The position numbers were made by a program, and so were the translations under genes. Positions 1 through 18,880 of a stretch of DNA of 64,000 bases are shown piece after piece; position 1 is the first letter of the stretch; the number at the start of each line of letters is the position of its first letter. Origin of the DNA: Ascidiella aspersa (Eukaryota); the NCBI GenBank assembly GCA_963924565.1, contig OZ004607.1, forward strand, positions 7,812,001-7,876,000, read 5' to 3'. The notes beneath the pieces were generated by a model. That model saw only the letters and a list, made by a program, of their open reading frames with translations, did no database searches and was not told the origin of the DNA.

Positions 1-290
1 GAGCTTGCGCATTACAATAATTTACTTGCATTATCGACTAAACAATATACAACTAATCAAATATTTTTACATAACACTTTCACGAATCACAGAATATATC
101 TTCAAACCTGTATCATTGCATAGCGACAATAACAATAATATAAAAAATAAAAAAAATTGCTTATATCAACAATATTGGCTTGATCTCACATGTTTGTCAT
201 ACAAACAGTCGCGAGGTGAATAGCGTAGTAACCGGCGCTTATGAAATGCACGATTGTTTAAAACTCATTGGGGGTACTGAGTGTTTCTAA

Positions 291-5488
<5,198 letters not shown>

Positions 5489-6630
5489 TCGTTGTGTTTT
5501 CGGTTAATTTGGAAGTTTTGATTTGTGTTTGATTGATTTTTCTTAAACGTGGACTTGCCTGACGGATATTGACTAGCAGTCCTGTGTTTTTTACTATTTT
5601 GAAAGCCGCCCATGGTGGTTATATTTGTGTCGTCACCGTTCTCTCTCGCGTCCTATAGTCATCGTTTTGTTTGCCTTTTTATCCTTTTTTACTTGAAACC
5701 TGCCCAGATTATTGTTAATTTCCGTTGTTTTTCTCTCGAAATCAGCCAATTGTTTTTGTTTTTTGCATCAGGTCCATTTTTCTGCTTAAAAACAGACTTT
5801 GCCGTCGGCTAAAAAATCTGGCTTGTGTTACGTTTGATTTCGATTTGTCGCGCAAAAAATTATCGTGAGAATTCAAACTTTTTACTGATATTCACAGTTC
5901 GTCTCGTTTGTGCTGTACAAATCTGACCTTCGTTAAAATATACTTGCTTACTGATAGGTTGGAAATTTGACTTGCAGTTCAAGTCACGTTCTTCTTGTAT
6001 AAAGCCAACACATTCGTCGTTTTAATTGGCCGATTGGTTCTGGTATATGCGAGAATTCAAATTAAACTTTTCCATTGTTTTCTTATGGATAGTAAACCAG
6101 TTTTGTTTTTTGTTCCACTCTCCTAAAAGATCTTGCCGTCCATTTTTTCACCAGAAAGTCTTTCATTATATAAGCGCCCCTTGCTTGCAATTGAGGATTT
6201 CGTTTTTAAGAAACGCGCTTGTCTTTTGTTAATATTTACCGTTGTGCATTTTGTAAATTTCTTCGTTAATTTTTAACAGTTTAGCATTTTTTTAACTTTT
6301 ATTGAAGGAGATTAGTCGTGTGTGCCTTTTTTAGTGGGTCATGGTCGCTTTAATTTGGTTTACCTAATCGAGTTTTAAAGTTAAATTCTGCTTTATCTTA
6401 GTTTACTGTTTGTGGCCAACTGAGATTACTACCTGTTACCGTTTTTTTCAAACGCCATTGAAGTATATTACTTTTTTTGTTTTTTAAGAACAATCGCCAT
6501 ATTGCTGTTTTATATTGTAAATATGTGTAAAATCAATTTCAGGTTTACAGCTTATACTAAGAAATGCAGTTTCTCACGCATAAACGAGTTCAAAAACGTT
6601 ATTCTATAATATTCGGAAACTATTCAAATC

Positions 6631-7086
6631 TTTGTATTACTGTAAGTTTTGTAGTACTGTAAGTTTTGTAGTACTGTAAGTTTTGTAGTACTGTAAGTTT
6701 TGTAGTACTGTAAGTTTTGTAGTACTGTAAGTTTTGTAGTACTGTAAGCTTTGTAGTACTGTAAGCTTTGTAGTACTGTAAGCTTTGTAGTACTGTAAGT
6801 TTTGTAGTACTGCAAGTTTTGTAGTACTGTAAGTTTTGTAGTACTGTAAGCTTTGTAGTACTGTAAGTTTTGTAGTACTGTAAGTTTTGTAGTACTGTAA
6901 GTTTTGTAGTACTGTAAGCTTTGTAGTACTGTAAGTTTTGTAGTACTGTAAGTTTTGTAGTACTGTAAGTTTTGTACTACTGCAAGTTTTGTATTACTGT
7001 AAGTTTTGTAGTACTGTAAGTTTTGTAGTACTGTAAGCTTTGTAGTACTGTAAGTTTTGTAGTACTGTAAGTTTTGTAGTACTGTA
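6631..7086. repeat. 17-bp minisatellite (GTAGTACTGTAAGTTTT)n, ~27 copies
   Basis: Directly visible; explains the 17-aa periodic ORF 6624..7130. Confidence 0.97.
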
Positions 7087-7849
7087 CAAAATAATCGCTG
7101 TTGACTAAATAAGATTACAACCTTGTACATTTCAATCTATCTTACTTTTTTTTACTTTTTGCAGGTGTATAAAAACAATCACTTTATTGCTGTAACCCGA
7201 ATCATATGCCGCGGAGATTGTTGTTTCAAGTGTAATTACCTTATCACACGCGTGCAGTATTTAATCGACTTCCATTGCCACGTGCCTCACTTTTATCTTT
7301 CGAATGCTTCCGTATTAAGCTGACGCTCACCGTCCTATTACGCTTTGCAGTTAAGTTTCACTATCGTTCAGTCGGTAGCTGCCGTGTTTTCTGTCTGACA
7401 TTTTCGCTCGTACTTTTTATCAATAAAAAAAAAAACTTTACGGATTTGGCAGTTTGAGAAGGAAATCTAACAAACGCCAAACAATTTACAGAAAATGTGA
7501 AACCCCCTTTAACCGGAATACATTTAACATTTGAAAATTGCTATATGATAGGCACTTTGAATTACATTATTTTTTATTGTTAAGAAAGATATTTTTTGCA
7601 CGTGCATTTTGAAGAGCTTGTGGGCATAGCAAATATAATTCTGTTTTACAGAAATGCATACTTACAGCTTACAAGTGACGGCGGAGTAGGCTGTTATGGT
7701 GATTTTTGGTAATAGTGGCAGTTCAAAACTTTGTTGATGTTATTTGAACTGAAGTAAATATTTAGTTTTAGATCCTAATTATACTGATTGACTTATCTGT
7801 TTAAAAACCCTGCTATATTCAGTTAAAAACGTCAAAAGATCATTTGAAT

Positions 7850-8414
7850 CAGGGGTGGGCAACGTGCGGCCCTTCAACCTCTTCGAGCTATTTTTACCTA
7901 AATAAGGCTATGAGCGTGCACCATGTTGGAACTTTTGCTCTATCAGTTTCCTGTTTGAAGTGCGATGTAACCCATAGGCTGCACAGCTACACTAATGCAT
8001 TGTACAAAAATGGGAACCATCTATTACAAAACAATCTTCATTCATAAAGTTTTACTCGTGTCATGATAAAGAGTTTTTTTTTGCAACATTTACACTTGTC
8101 TAGCACGGTCAAGGTGTAACATACTTTTGGCACGCATATTGACGGAGATGTTATGTTTAACAGCTGGTTTTGAATTAGGACTGTTAATTAAATTGTACTG
8201 AGCCAATCCGTACCAGAAAGGCGTCATTGGAATTAAAATTTCCGAATTCACAAGTAGACAGCACTGCCAAAACTGCCTAAGTTGCAACCTAGTAGCTCAT
8301 TAGTTTTTCTAGTAAAAGCTGTAAATATGAATTAGTGTTCATTTGATATGCGTCCCTCCTGTAAGCATTACATTTCCTAACTGGCCCTTGTGTTAAAAAG
8401 GTTGCCCACCCCTG
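7850..8414. mobile_element. hAT-type MITE
   Basis: Perfect 14-bp TIRs CAGGGGTGGGCAAC / GTTGCCCACCCCTG; 8-bp TSD atttgaat/atttcaat. Confidence 0.8.
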
Positions 8415-10624
8415 ATTTCAATCATTCATTACCACCGCAAATACCTGAGCAATCAGCATTTTTTATCACCTTAAATCTCTTTAGCGCGGTAAGTGGTAAA
8501 ATAAAACATAAATATATTCCTACAGAGAGCGATATGAAGCTAAGTTTACACAGCCCAGGGCACTTAGTTAATAAAGCGCACGTTTAATCCGCATTAACCA
8601 TTTAGTGAAACTATCGGAACAGTGCCGGAAAAAGTTCTACCTGCGTACCTGCGATTAGCCGACGTGCTTTTCGATCGTTAAAAGACTCAGTGAGCTTAAA
8701 AATGTTTTTTAATACTGACCCTCTATATTAAGTGCTTGTTAATTTCAACCGTTTGTCCAATGCCTACGGCTTTATTTGGTTCAATTTGTCTTTTCAATGC
8801 TAATATAACGTTTTTAAGTGTGGCAATATTAGCACCACAAATTAGAAATTCATTAATTTTATTAGATAAAAATCCCTTGCAAATTGTATCGAAACTTTAG
8901 TCTCGCAAAAACATTTCGAGGAAATAGTTGTTTTTTTATTGAAACAAATTTTAACCTTGTTTTGAAAACTTGTTTTTCCTTATGCTAAAATCAACCGGTC
9001 GGTTGCAGGCACTAACTTTCTTGCCTGCTCAAAATTTGTTACATTTTGGAAAAGGCTTACGAGAAAACATCTCTTTAATTACTTGGCAAAACGACCTTAA
9101 TGGTGTTTAACCATTGCGATGGTATAACAAAAAAGCCAGTTATGTTTTTCTCCAGCCACATGTCACCGCTTTGTCATTATGGTATGTGCTCTTATCTTAT
9201 GTTCTTAACCTTATTTGTCGCCACATTATCTTTTCTTTTCGACTGGGTGAAAAGTAAAAAATATCTTGTTAAAAAATGTTCGTTCCCTGCTAAAAAGGCG
9301 GCAAAAAATTAGCTAAACATGCGTCAAAAACCTGATCGATGATGCCAAAATGGTCCAAACTAAAGACGTCCGATAATATCGGATAGATTCCCGTCACTAA
9401 ATGATGTCGAGTCATTTTCGATACCAGGACGGTGCCAACGACAAACCCATACCAAAATGCTTTATGCCTTGTCTTGCGATTTAACGCATTTTTTTCATAC
9501 AAAAAATTCCAAACCAAAATTTTGGCTTTTCTAAATTTAAGATACAAAAATTTGATTGTTTTCTCACTTCGAACAGTAGTCCAACACCTGTGTTGCTAAT
9601 AGCCAAACAAATTTTGTGCGAGATGCCGTAACAAGAGCTTTTACGCAACAGCAACAGCAGCCATGGGCGCTTGGCTTGGCTCAAACTGGCAAGGTAGGTC
9701 GATGCTAACTGGCTTGCTCGCCGCGTGACCCGTTTAATGGATGCAGGTTTATTCCTGATCCTCAATGCCGTTTCCCCGGGGAGCAAATCGCGGCAAGATC
9801 GACGGGCTAAAATAAGCGGTTTTGTCATCTTGTCGGGCGTCCGCGAATAGAATTATTTCTATATGTGTACGACGCTGCATTGCGACGACAAAATTAATTA
9901 GCATTTAGATCGCGCGACGAACGCATGGCCAAAGTGCTGCTGGCATACGCTATTGATTTTTTTTTGTTCGAAGCAGGCAAGAACTTCAGCGTTTATAATG
10001 TAACTTGTTTTATGACTCCACGGGTATGCAGATCTACAATTTTTTTGAATTATATTAGTAAATCAAACGACAGATTACTGTACAATCATATTTATCTTCA
10101 TATTTCGGATATTGGATTAAGGCGTATTTGTTTTTATGAATAATTAGTATGGTTGATTTTAGAAGTAAATTTCACTTTCGAATCTGCAACACACGGCAGT
10201 TTTAATGTCTGTTCGCATTGAGTTAATACATAAATAAAAACAGGCAGCACAACAGCAACGTCTCTTTTCCCCAAAAACAAAAATATCCCTTACTGAAATG
10301 ACACGATTGTTATATTATGGTTGTTTTGCTCTCCAAAGGATTTTAAAAATATACTGCTATAAATATATATTAAAAAAGATGCATTGATTACTTTTAAATT
10401 CACAGAAATTGGGGTATTACTTAAGCAAAGATAACATTGGTATATTAAGTAAAGTAATTAAAAAGTGCACTCAACTGGATAGAGGAATTTTGGTATGAAT
10501 TTATGAGGCGTAATAAATGTGTAATTTCAATAAAAATCCAATTTTCATCCTACCAAAAACACAAATTCGTCTCAAGACGAATCAGTTTGAATTGGAAGCA
10601 CTTTCGCGACAATCGTTGAAATCA

Positions 10625-10692
10625 AACACACAAACAAGTACACACGCACACACACTCACCCACACGCACACACACACAAACACACACACACA
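10625..10692. repeat. Imperfect (CA)n microsatellite
   Basis: acacac-rich tract. Confidence 0.85.
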
Positions 10693-10944
10693 AAGCAGAT
10701 GCGCATCCGTCTCAGCCCGACGGCGACGAGCGAGAGAGGCGCGATTTCGATCCCAGTAAGCCGGTCTTGAACTTAACGTTCGACTGCGACCTTTGCCTCA
10801 CCCAAGTTGTGCAGCAGCTGCTCGGTCCTAGCAGCAGAAGGAGCAGCGGCATCATCCCCTTGCGACCTTCATGTGCCGCCTGCGCCGTTTCCTACGCACA
10901 AGAGGCGCTAATGCAGTCGGGCGGCCCCACCAACTATAGATGAA

Positions 10945-11990
10945 CTGATCATATCGATTCCTATATTTTAGCTTTAAACCTTAAATGGGTAGTAACATTT
11001 TTGGTTGTAACTACACAGCCCCTTGGAAACATTTAGAAAAAAATGAGTTATCCTTAATGCAGCTAGAGGGCTTGGTTAGAGGCAACCTGGAAATAAATTC
11101 AAAACAAAGAAAAAAAAATTGTCCCCCTGCAAACTATACGAAAAATAATGTCAGACCCCAGAGCCATAATCCAATTGTCCATTTAATAAAACGCACAGCA
11201 GGTCACTGTGGGTGTCAAAGAGCGTCAAATTTAAAAGCCAAACATTTTACTTGAAGCCTCTCATCGATGCGGAAATACTCGAACACTCAGACTTACTCGA
11301 TTCGGAGGGAGAATATCTTAAGTATGACCAATTGGCAATAAAATACAATTTTAAACCGAATAACGAATCCTTTAAATTCTTCATTAAAATGATTGCTGCC
11401 TTAACACCCGAATGGGACCACACTGACGACATTTCGAAAAATAAAGTGTGTTTAGTTAACAAATGTACGGAACTATTTCAAATGTGTGACACACCAAAGG
11501 CTATGTGCAAAAAAAGTAAAGCAGTTTTCACCGGTTCGCCCGGAAAAGCAACAACAAAATTGGGAACGGGATTTAGGCTTTTCTCCAAATACAACTCCTT
11601 GGGAAAACTGTATTGTAACGTCTATAATTCCACAATGGAAACCAAACTACACTCGTTTCAAATTTAACTTAACCTATAGGCTACGTGCCGTTGTAGAAAA
11701 CGAAGCATTACATTCCTTTGAAAAAACTGACTCCGACCGATGTGTTTTCTGTCGAAATGCCCCTGAAACTATTTCGCATATATTTTATAATTGTAAACAT
11801 ATTGAAAGCTATTTGGGAAAAATTAAATTTTGGATCTTTTCAAAACTTTTGATTTCCTTACAAAACAACAAAACAAGTAACTTTCCTGTTTGCAACTGGT
11901 GCTGACAATGATTTGTTGAATTGTTGTTTTGTGCGCGGTTCGTTATGTACCTTTGTAAGTATGCAAAGAAGATATCACCAACGCTTTTTA
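10945..11990 (+). mobile_element. Decayed 5'-truncated non-LTR retrotransposon (L1/Tx1-like ORF2 C-terminus with zf-RVT motif)
   Basis: Frameshifted segments IDSYILALNLKW, SDLLDSEGEYLKYDQLAIKYN, YNSTMETKLHSFQ and DSDRCVFCRNAPETISHIFYNC (CxxC..E...H.F..C) occur in the order typical of L1/Tx1 ORF2. Confidence 0.8.
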
Positions 11991-14900
11991 TGTTAGACGC
12001 TATTTTTATTCTCGTCCGTCTTTCTAATTTGTTGTTTTAGAGTAATATAACAATTAAACTACACAGCAGCACACGGATGAACTATCCTTGGTTGCTGTTG
12101 CTCTCTGTCGAACAAACTTTAATATTGTAATTTTTCAGGTTTAATTTCCCTGAAAAACTTACTGCTTACTTATGATTGGATACTCACGTTAAAAAGAGCA
12201 AAAATATACGTTAAAAGTATTAGTCAGGAAATAAATATTTGTGTTCTTATTATCAAACGCCGACAAAACTAATAACGAAAAGGACAATTTTACACGATAA
12301 CTCCTTGTGACGACATCACGTGGCCTATGTTGCTCACGTCAGCTCGGGGTGAATCGCTTACGTAAATTTCAACCGCCAGGTGTCCTCTTGCCTTCCGGAG
12401 TTAAGTTTGATCGAAAAATTGTTGTCCGGCTAATTTACGAACGACACCCGCGGCCAGTGGTAGTGCATTAACGTAAAGGCGGTTTCACAACCAGTTATGA
12501 CTCACGCCTTTTAAAAAATTATGCGGAATTTGTATCAGTGTTATGCAATACCCAGAATTTTAAATATTCGGGGATTTTTTATGTTTACACACGTTTTGTG
12601 TGACTTTAAAAAGTTTGCGAGTTCTATCTGGCACTATTTTTTGGCTTTTCACTAGCTAAAAATCTCTTTAAAAATATAGACAAGCCACCTCGCAAATCAA
12701 CTATTTATCAAAGTATTCTAAGCCCCGTTATATTCCCTTCATATTTAGCAATTTGCAGCTATATGCATACGCCTTAAAAAGTCCCATTTTGCCAAATATT
12801 GATCGGTGTTCGATTATATTATGGAGAAAACATCTTCCTAAAAAGCAACTTACATTCGGGTATTTCCGCATCATTTTCATATACTAAAAAAATTGGCTCT
12901 TAATAATAATTTTTTGCCCAATATAACAACCCAATTTAGCCAGATTCGTGAGTGATAACAAAACTTGAACGTTTTTTTGCCCGACATTTCCCAGATCAAC
13001 TATTTCGCCAATTCGGTAAACGTGTTTTTCGTCAGGCAATCGAAAAAAATGGACAATCGACATCAGTGACGTCAAAACGTCCCCGGACAAACAAATTTCT
13101 CAGATTTTTTCAGAAATTCGGGTAATTAATCACGGGATACCGCGCGCAACCGGCCCGACCGTTTTAAAAGTTGATGGGACCGTCCTATAGCGGCCGTGTT
13201 TGTGTTCAATGCGGGGACAAGGGTTAGCTACGACGGGGATCAACGAAAAATCGATGATCGATTTGTGCGCGGTTTCTGTTCTAAGGCTTGATCAATTCTG
13301 TCGCAAAATATCAGCGTCGCTTTCCAAGTTGAACGCGCTGCAAGCGGCAAGGCTTCGCTGCTGCTGAGATGCTAATTGCTGTCTCTAACATAAAGGGAGG
13401 TGATGGTGAATATTGACCACCCTAGTTAATCTAATTACAAAATAAAGACAAAAACTTTGCTTGTGAATTTTTGCTTGCGTTTTTGTAACAATAGGTTTGC
13501 ACCAATGGTACTATTAGTTACGCAAATAGTAAGAATTTGATAAACCACCTCCTTAAGTACTAGCCTCGAAAAAGAGGCTACACCTTCCATACTCTTATAG
13601 ATGCTGTATAATTCATTGTTTTTAAATGACTTGATACTTTTCTGGTGTTAAAGATGGTCAATTGGCCATCCGTTGAATTGAAAAGATCCCAATAAATGCA
13701 ATGCTGATCATCAAGCCAATCAGTGTACTTTGTAAAGGATTCAAGCCAGTAAAAGTAAAAACAAATAATCAAGATGTAAAGAAATTAACAAAATTCGTGG
13801 GGCTGAGCCTCTATAATTTCCGCTATGCCCTATACATTTTAAGTTTTTTTAAAAGAACACACAATTAGGTCGTATTGTATCTGTACTTGTCCAAAAGTGT
13901 GGAATAAGTGCATTTCTGCAACAGTAAGTTCCAACCAGGAATACTTAAATAAAATACATAGGTGACAACAAAACTAACAAGCTCAGCGCAGCTCGTACTA
14001 AATAAGATAAACTTTGTTGTCATAATTATATATTTTTTGTTATTCGGACAAGGTGGTGCAAAATTGTCAGCTTATAGGACCACAGACTTGTTGGTTGTTT
14101 TCCGACGGCCACACACAGCACGCTATGAAATCCCGCGCTTAAATTTGCATCACTTACTAAAATTTATTAGCTTTTATGAATTTTTCTTTAATTTTGTTAA
14201 TATTGACGGTGGGCGAAGGCAAATTTACAGGGTTTGAACAACTCTCTATTCAGTATTGATATTAAATCGTGCAGCGATATCAATTGTTCTCAATAAAACC
14301 AGTGTCTGTTTTAAAATTTGGGGAGATACTGGTAACAAAAATAATTAATCCTAGTGCCTTTCAACCCTGCTTATACCGATCAAATACTACCCCTCCACAC
14401 TTCCACATCACACCAGCGCCTTAAAGTCATTTTCAAAATCCAGTCTTTCCAAAGGCTTGGAAAGACTCTCCCAAACGTCACCGTGCCTTTGCGGCTAAAG
14501 GTAATCAAATTATCTTGTTATCAGCTGTTGTGAGTGCTTGGAAACGCAGTTTTGTTTGCCCGTTACCTTTGTGACGTAACAGCTAGCGTGGCGGTAACCC
14601 GGCGAGTCTTACTTTTCCAGCAGTAGGCTATTGTAGTTTTGTTGGAGGAATTTATAACCGCTACAGTCGGGGCGCTTGATTAAAAACTTCACAAAGCAGT
14701 CGCTTGGTCCATTCAAGGCAATATTCCGTGGCAAATTATAAAGCATCAAGCACGCTTTTGTGGTTTATACTTGACCAGTTTGAATGATTATTTTAGAAAA
14801 ACACTATATCCTTTAATTTCTCAAGCTTTGGGCTTTAGGATTTTTAGCACTGTTTGGTTGTTTAATATTAGTCAATATACCTCATTACTGTATTTGTGTT

Positions 14901-17900
14901 ATTTTGGCCTCTTTATGGGTAAATGATTGGGACAAAGTTAGCTAGTAAATTAGCTGTTTATGAAATCCTTATTCGAAAAATTATCCAGAAACCTTTTCAA
15001 GGTATTGCAAGCGACACCCAAACTACGTGTAATTTGTCAATCATTTAGCAGCTATATACGACAAATCTAGTTACAATGCTGGCGTAAATTAGCTATCAAT
15101 GTTATGACAACCAAAGTACTGCCATGTCGACGTAGAACATGCTGGTGAGATCACAAATATAATTTTCCAGCAGTACCGATTTGCTTAAAATTTCGGCTCA
15201 ATTTTTTTCAGTACGCTGTGCATTCATTCCAACAACGAACCTTTATTGTTTGGCTTGCTGTGGCTGTAGTAAGCACAACGGTTGTAGTTGGCTTTGTGTG
15301 AAGCGCACGCTTTGTCGGGGCAATACACGGACAGACGTAGCGCATTTTAATAGCGCTCTTTGCTATTAAAAATGCCGTTGGGTAAGTAAGGCTCACTGTT
15401 GCAGCGTTTTTAAGGCATTGAACACCCACAGGCGAGCGGCAAAGTCGGCTGCGCAAAAACGACGACAGGCCAAAGTTCGTTTTCGCGTCGACAAAAATCG
15501 TCAACGGCGCGCGCTCAGATCGATTTGCCGGAGGAACGCGGACCCCGGTTGCGTCACAAACGGTCGACAATGGAAAGCGGACGACGTACAAAGACGGATC
15601 GGTTACGAGTTCGACGAACGAACACGGCAAACAGCGCGTCGCCTGCGTAACCTTAATCGAGCCGAAAGCGGCAAAACAATGGGGAAGACCGCCGCACTGA
15701 AAGCCCCCCCTCCCCGTTCCCTCTCAACCAAACACACACATCCAGTCGAGCAGACCGCGACGCCCCTTTGGCTTTGTTTGACCAAGCGTCGATTCGTTTC
15801 CCTGTTTTTGCTCGACGCAACGTGAAACAAACGCGACTTGTATAGGTAGGTACAGAGAACACTGGCTGTTTTCGAGCAAGGTTCTTCAGCCTAGCGTAGC
15901 GAATTTAGGGCAAAGTAAGATGGGCGTGATTTAGGCTCTGACGTTGTTCGACGCTGTTGGAAGTGAAACGTAACGGTGTAGAGTTGCTGTTTTTCGCAGG
16001 TCCTTGCTCGCTTCGCGTTGCGACGGTGCGGCGTTGGACGGCGGCCGAGTGGCTTTCAGATTTCTCCTTGCGATAAAAAAGAGCCTACGCGCGCAAATCC
16101 GTCGTCAAAAGGCCGTGAAAAAAACGAACGGCCTTCTTAAGGCGAGATTTGACGACGCTTGAGCCGCCGCTTCAAGCAACATCAGCAGTGTGCCAGTTTA
16201 TTGCAGCAACAGCAGGAGGAGGAGTGAACAGGTCCAAGTTATTTTCGTTGGACGTTTCGTTTCGGCGCCTGGTGAGATAACAAACCCACGCATCTGCGAG
16301 TGGCTGTTAATACAAGGAACTTTATTGTTTACTGCCGTTACGGAGCACAGTTAAAACGATATTGGTCCGGTGACGAGTTCTAAGGAGAAATATTTTTCAC
16401 ACCTGTTAAAGTTGATGTTCTAGGCGATTGAAATGCAGCAACTACTCATGCGTAGTCAGGGAATATTCACAAAATTGCAAAAAATTGAGTTAAAGTGAAC
16501 GAATACACGACACCGTTCTCAAACAAAATTTATCAAGTAAAGCAACTTAATTTTTGAATAAAAGCACAAAACATAGATTTGTGAAACTATTTTACAAAAC
16601 AACTGTCCGGTCGCCTTTTGAATTTATAAACGAAGACACGCATCGCTCTATTAGCGTAACCTAAAAAGTAAAAAAGGTATCGCTTTATTAACGTCAACAT
16701 TGGACCTCGAAACGGGGCAATGTGAAAAACGCACGACGGCCGGGCGAAAAAATGAGGTGAAAGCAAGCCGGGCGCATATTTGAAGCGCTCGTACCGCGAC
16801 CGGCAAGAGCTCTTAAGGTGCTGGTCGGCGCGCTACGTACAGACGCACAACAGTCGCGCACACCTACAGGCCTGCCTATACCTGCGTCAGCCAGTCAAAC
16901 AATGAGAAGGCCCGTTTCGCTAGAGCGTAGACCACGCAAAGGCTGCTGAATATATACGAGAGCGAAAGAGCAAGCGAGAGATCACATGGACCAGCGTGGT
17001 GCCCGGCGCAAAAAATGCGGGACAGCGACGAAAAACGCTGCTGTTTCTGGCTTCTGCAGGCGTCGAGGCCGCCACGGGCATTAAAATCCAACGCCACATA
17101 AACAAGGCAGCAGGCGCCCGCGTCTAATCGCCAGCACTCCAGCGACTTTGCTTTGCCAAGTCGACGTTATTTTGCTGTCGATTGCTTGAGGCCTACTGAC
17201 GGCAAAATCTTATCGCTGTTTGTGTTATAGGGCTGAGTGTGGACGACGCTGAGGAGACAGTTGCTTATGTTAGTCGCCGTTTGCGCTTATGCTGTGAAGT
17301 GTAGCTGTGTAAGTGTAGTTTTAGGAACAGTCGCCTGCAGATGGTGTTTTGCCTAGCGGCTACTGGTTTTGCTTAGCGCGTGAATTTAACTTATTTAGGC
17401 ATATGTCCCCTTGTTTAGCGGGAAATAAGTTATGCTAATACCGCCGTCTTTGTTTGTTTGCAACTTTTCCGCACTCATTTGCTTTGGTGAGGATGCAAGT
17501 GGTTTGTTTGTAATTAAATCCTACACTAGGCAGTCTGAGATACAAGCATTGCGACAGAGCCGTGTACAATGCAGCATCCTGTTTTCAGCCTTCTATTCAA
17601 TCGCCTACCTATTGTACTTTGCCGCTATTTTGAAGCGTTGTCACGAGGCCTATCGCTTGCCTACCGAAGTCAAATTAGGTCGAGTGTCAATAAATAACCA
17701 GTCAAACTGGGAGGAATTTGCAGGCAAGGCGTATAAAAAGCAGTCGGCGCCTTGATTAGTTGCATTTTGATGCAATTTTGAGAACTGTAATTGTCACAAA
17801 ACAGTAATAAATGCGGTTACAAAGCTGCACTGTTAAACAGGAAAGAAAAGGGGCAAAACTGTTTTTAAAAACAACCGGTACGTTTTGTAAATGGCCAGTG

Positions 17901-18771
17901 TAAGGCGGCATGTTGTGATTTGCTGGCGGTGGTCGATTTGTGCGGCCAGGCGTTCAAATCGAAGCCGATTCGACCTCGCTGCAAAAGGAACGCACACAGC
18001 TGAAAAAGAACGTAAATACGGCCTTCCAGCGTCGCCAGACCCGTGGCAGCAAATTACAGACTAATAGCATGCGTGGCTGCGTCAAAACAGGGCCACGTGA
18101 AAGGGGCAAGCGACCATTTGCGACGAAAGTAGGGTGCCATTGTGGTCTTGTCTCAGCGGAATTTTGTCCAGTCCGTGGGCCGATGGTTTGACTTGTGTGA
18201 CCTCGATTGACCTCGCCGGGCGAGTTACTGCATTTGGTTAAAACCTGAAACCTAAACAAAATGACCAAACATGTGCATTTATGAATTATAAAACATATAG
18301 TGTGACCTTTGATTTTTAAAACAATACAGTTTTCCTAACTGTTAAGCTGTTTTAAACATGAGGGACTTCTAGCGTGTTGCAGAAAAGGTATACAGTACAG
18401 GTTCTATAAAGACCTACGAAATAATTGTTCATGTTGTGGATACCACATGAGGTTTCTACTGGAATAGCCTTTTTAGGATTGCTTATTGTATATTAATTGA
18501 TATTAGCCAATCACTTCTTCTTTGTGGTTTGGTGCTGGAATGGTAGCTATGCTAATCTTGGGATAGGCTGATATACATGACAATTTCAAAAGCACCGCGC
18601 CCTTTTACTCAACAAAAATTACGTGCTATTTGCGACGCTCTGAGGTAGTTTATTCATGGACCCTTAGAAAAGTGAAATTATCTCAATAATTGAAAAAAAA
18701 ACATTATTTAATTGAGAACTTTCTTAACTTTAGATAAACAGCAATAAGACTAATTCCCTAAACCATTCCCA

Positions 18772-18880
18772 AAAAGGAAAACTAAATTGTAAACATCCGA
18801 AATTTACAAGTTAAAAATTGCCGCAAAAGGAAAACTTAACTGTAAATATCCGAAAACTAGCAAGCTAAAAATTGCCGCAA
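18772..18880. repeat. Tandem duplication, ~53-bp unit x2
   Basis: aaaaggaaaact..tgtaaa.atccgaaa..caag.taaaaattgccgc occurs twice. Confidence 0.75.

Noticed and set aside
6624-7130. 168-aa repetitive minus-strand ORF
   Set aside because: It is a translation of the 17-bp minisatellite (3 units = 17 aa), not a gene.
15181-18268. Cluster of 60-140 aa ORFs in the GC-rich intergenic region
   Set aside because: No recognisable domains, exon-like codon bias or coherent splice chain.
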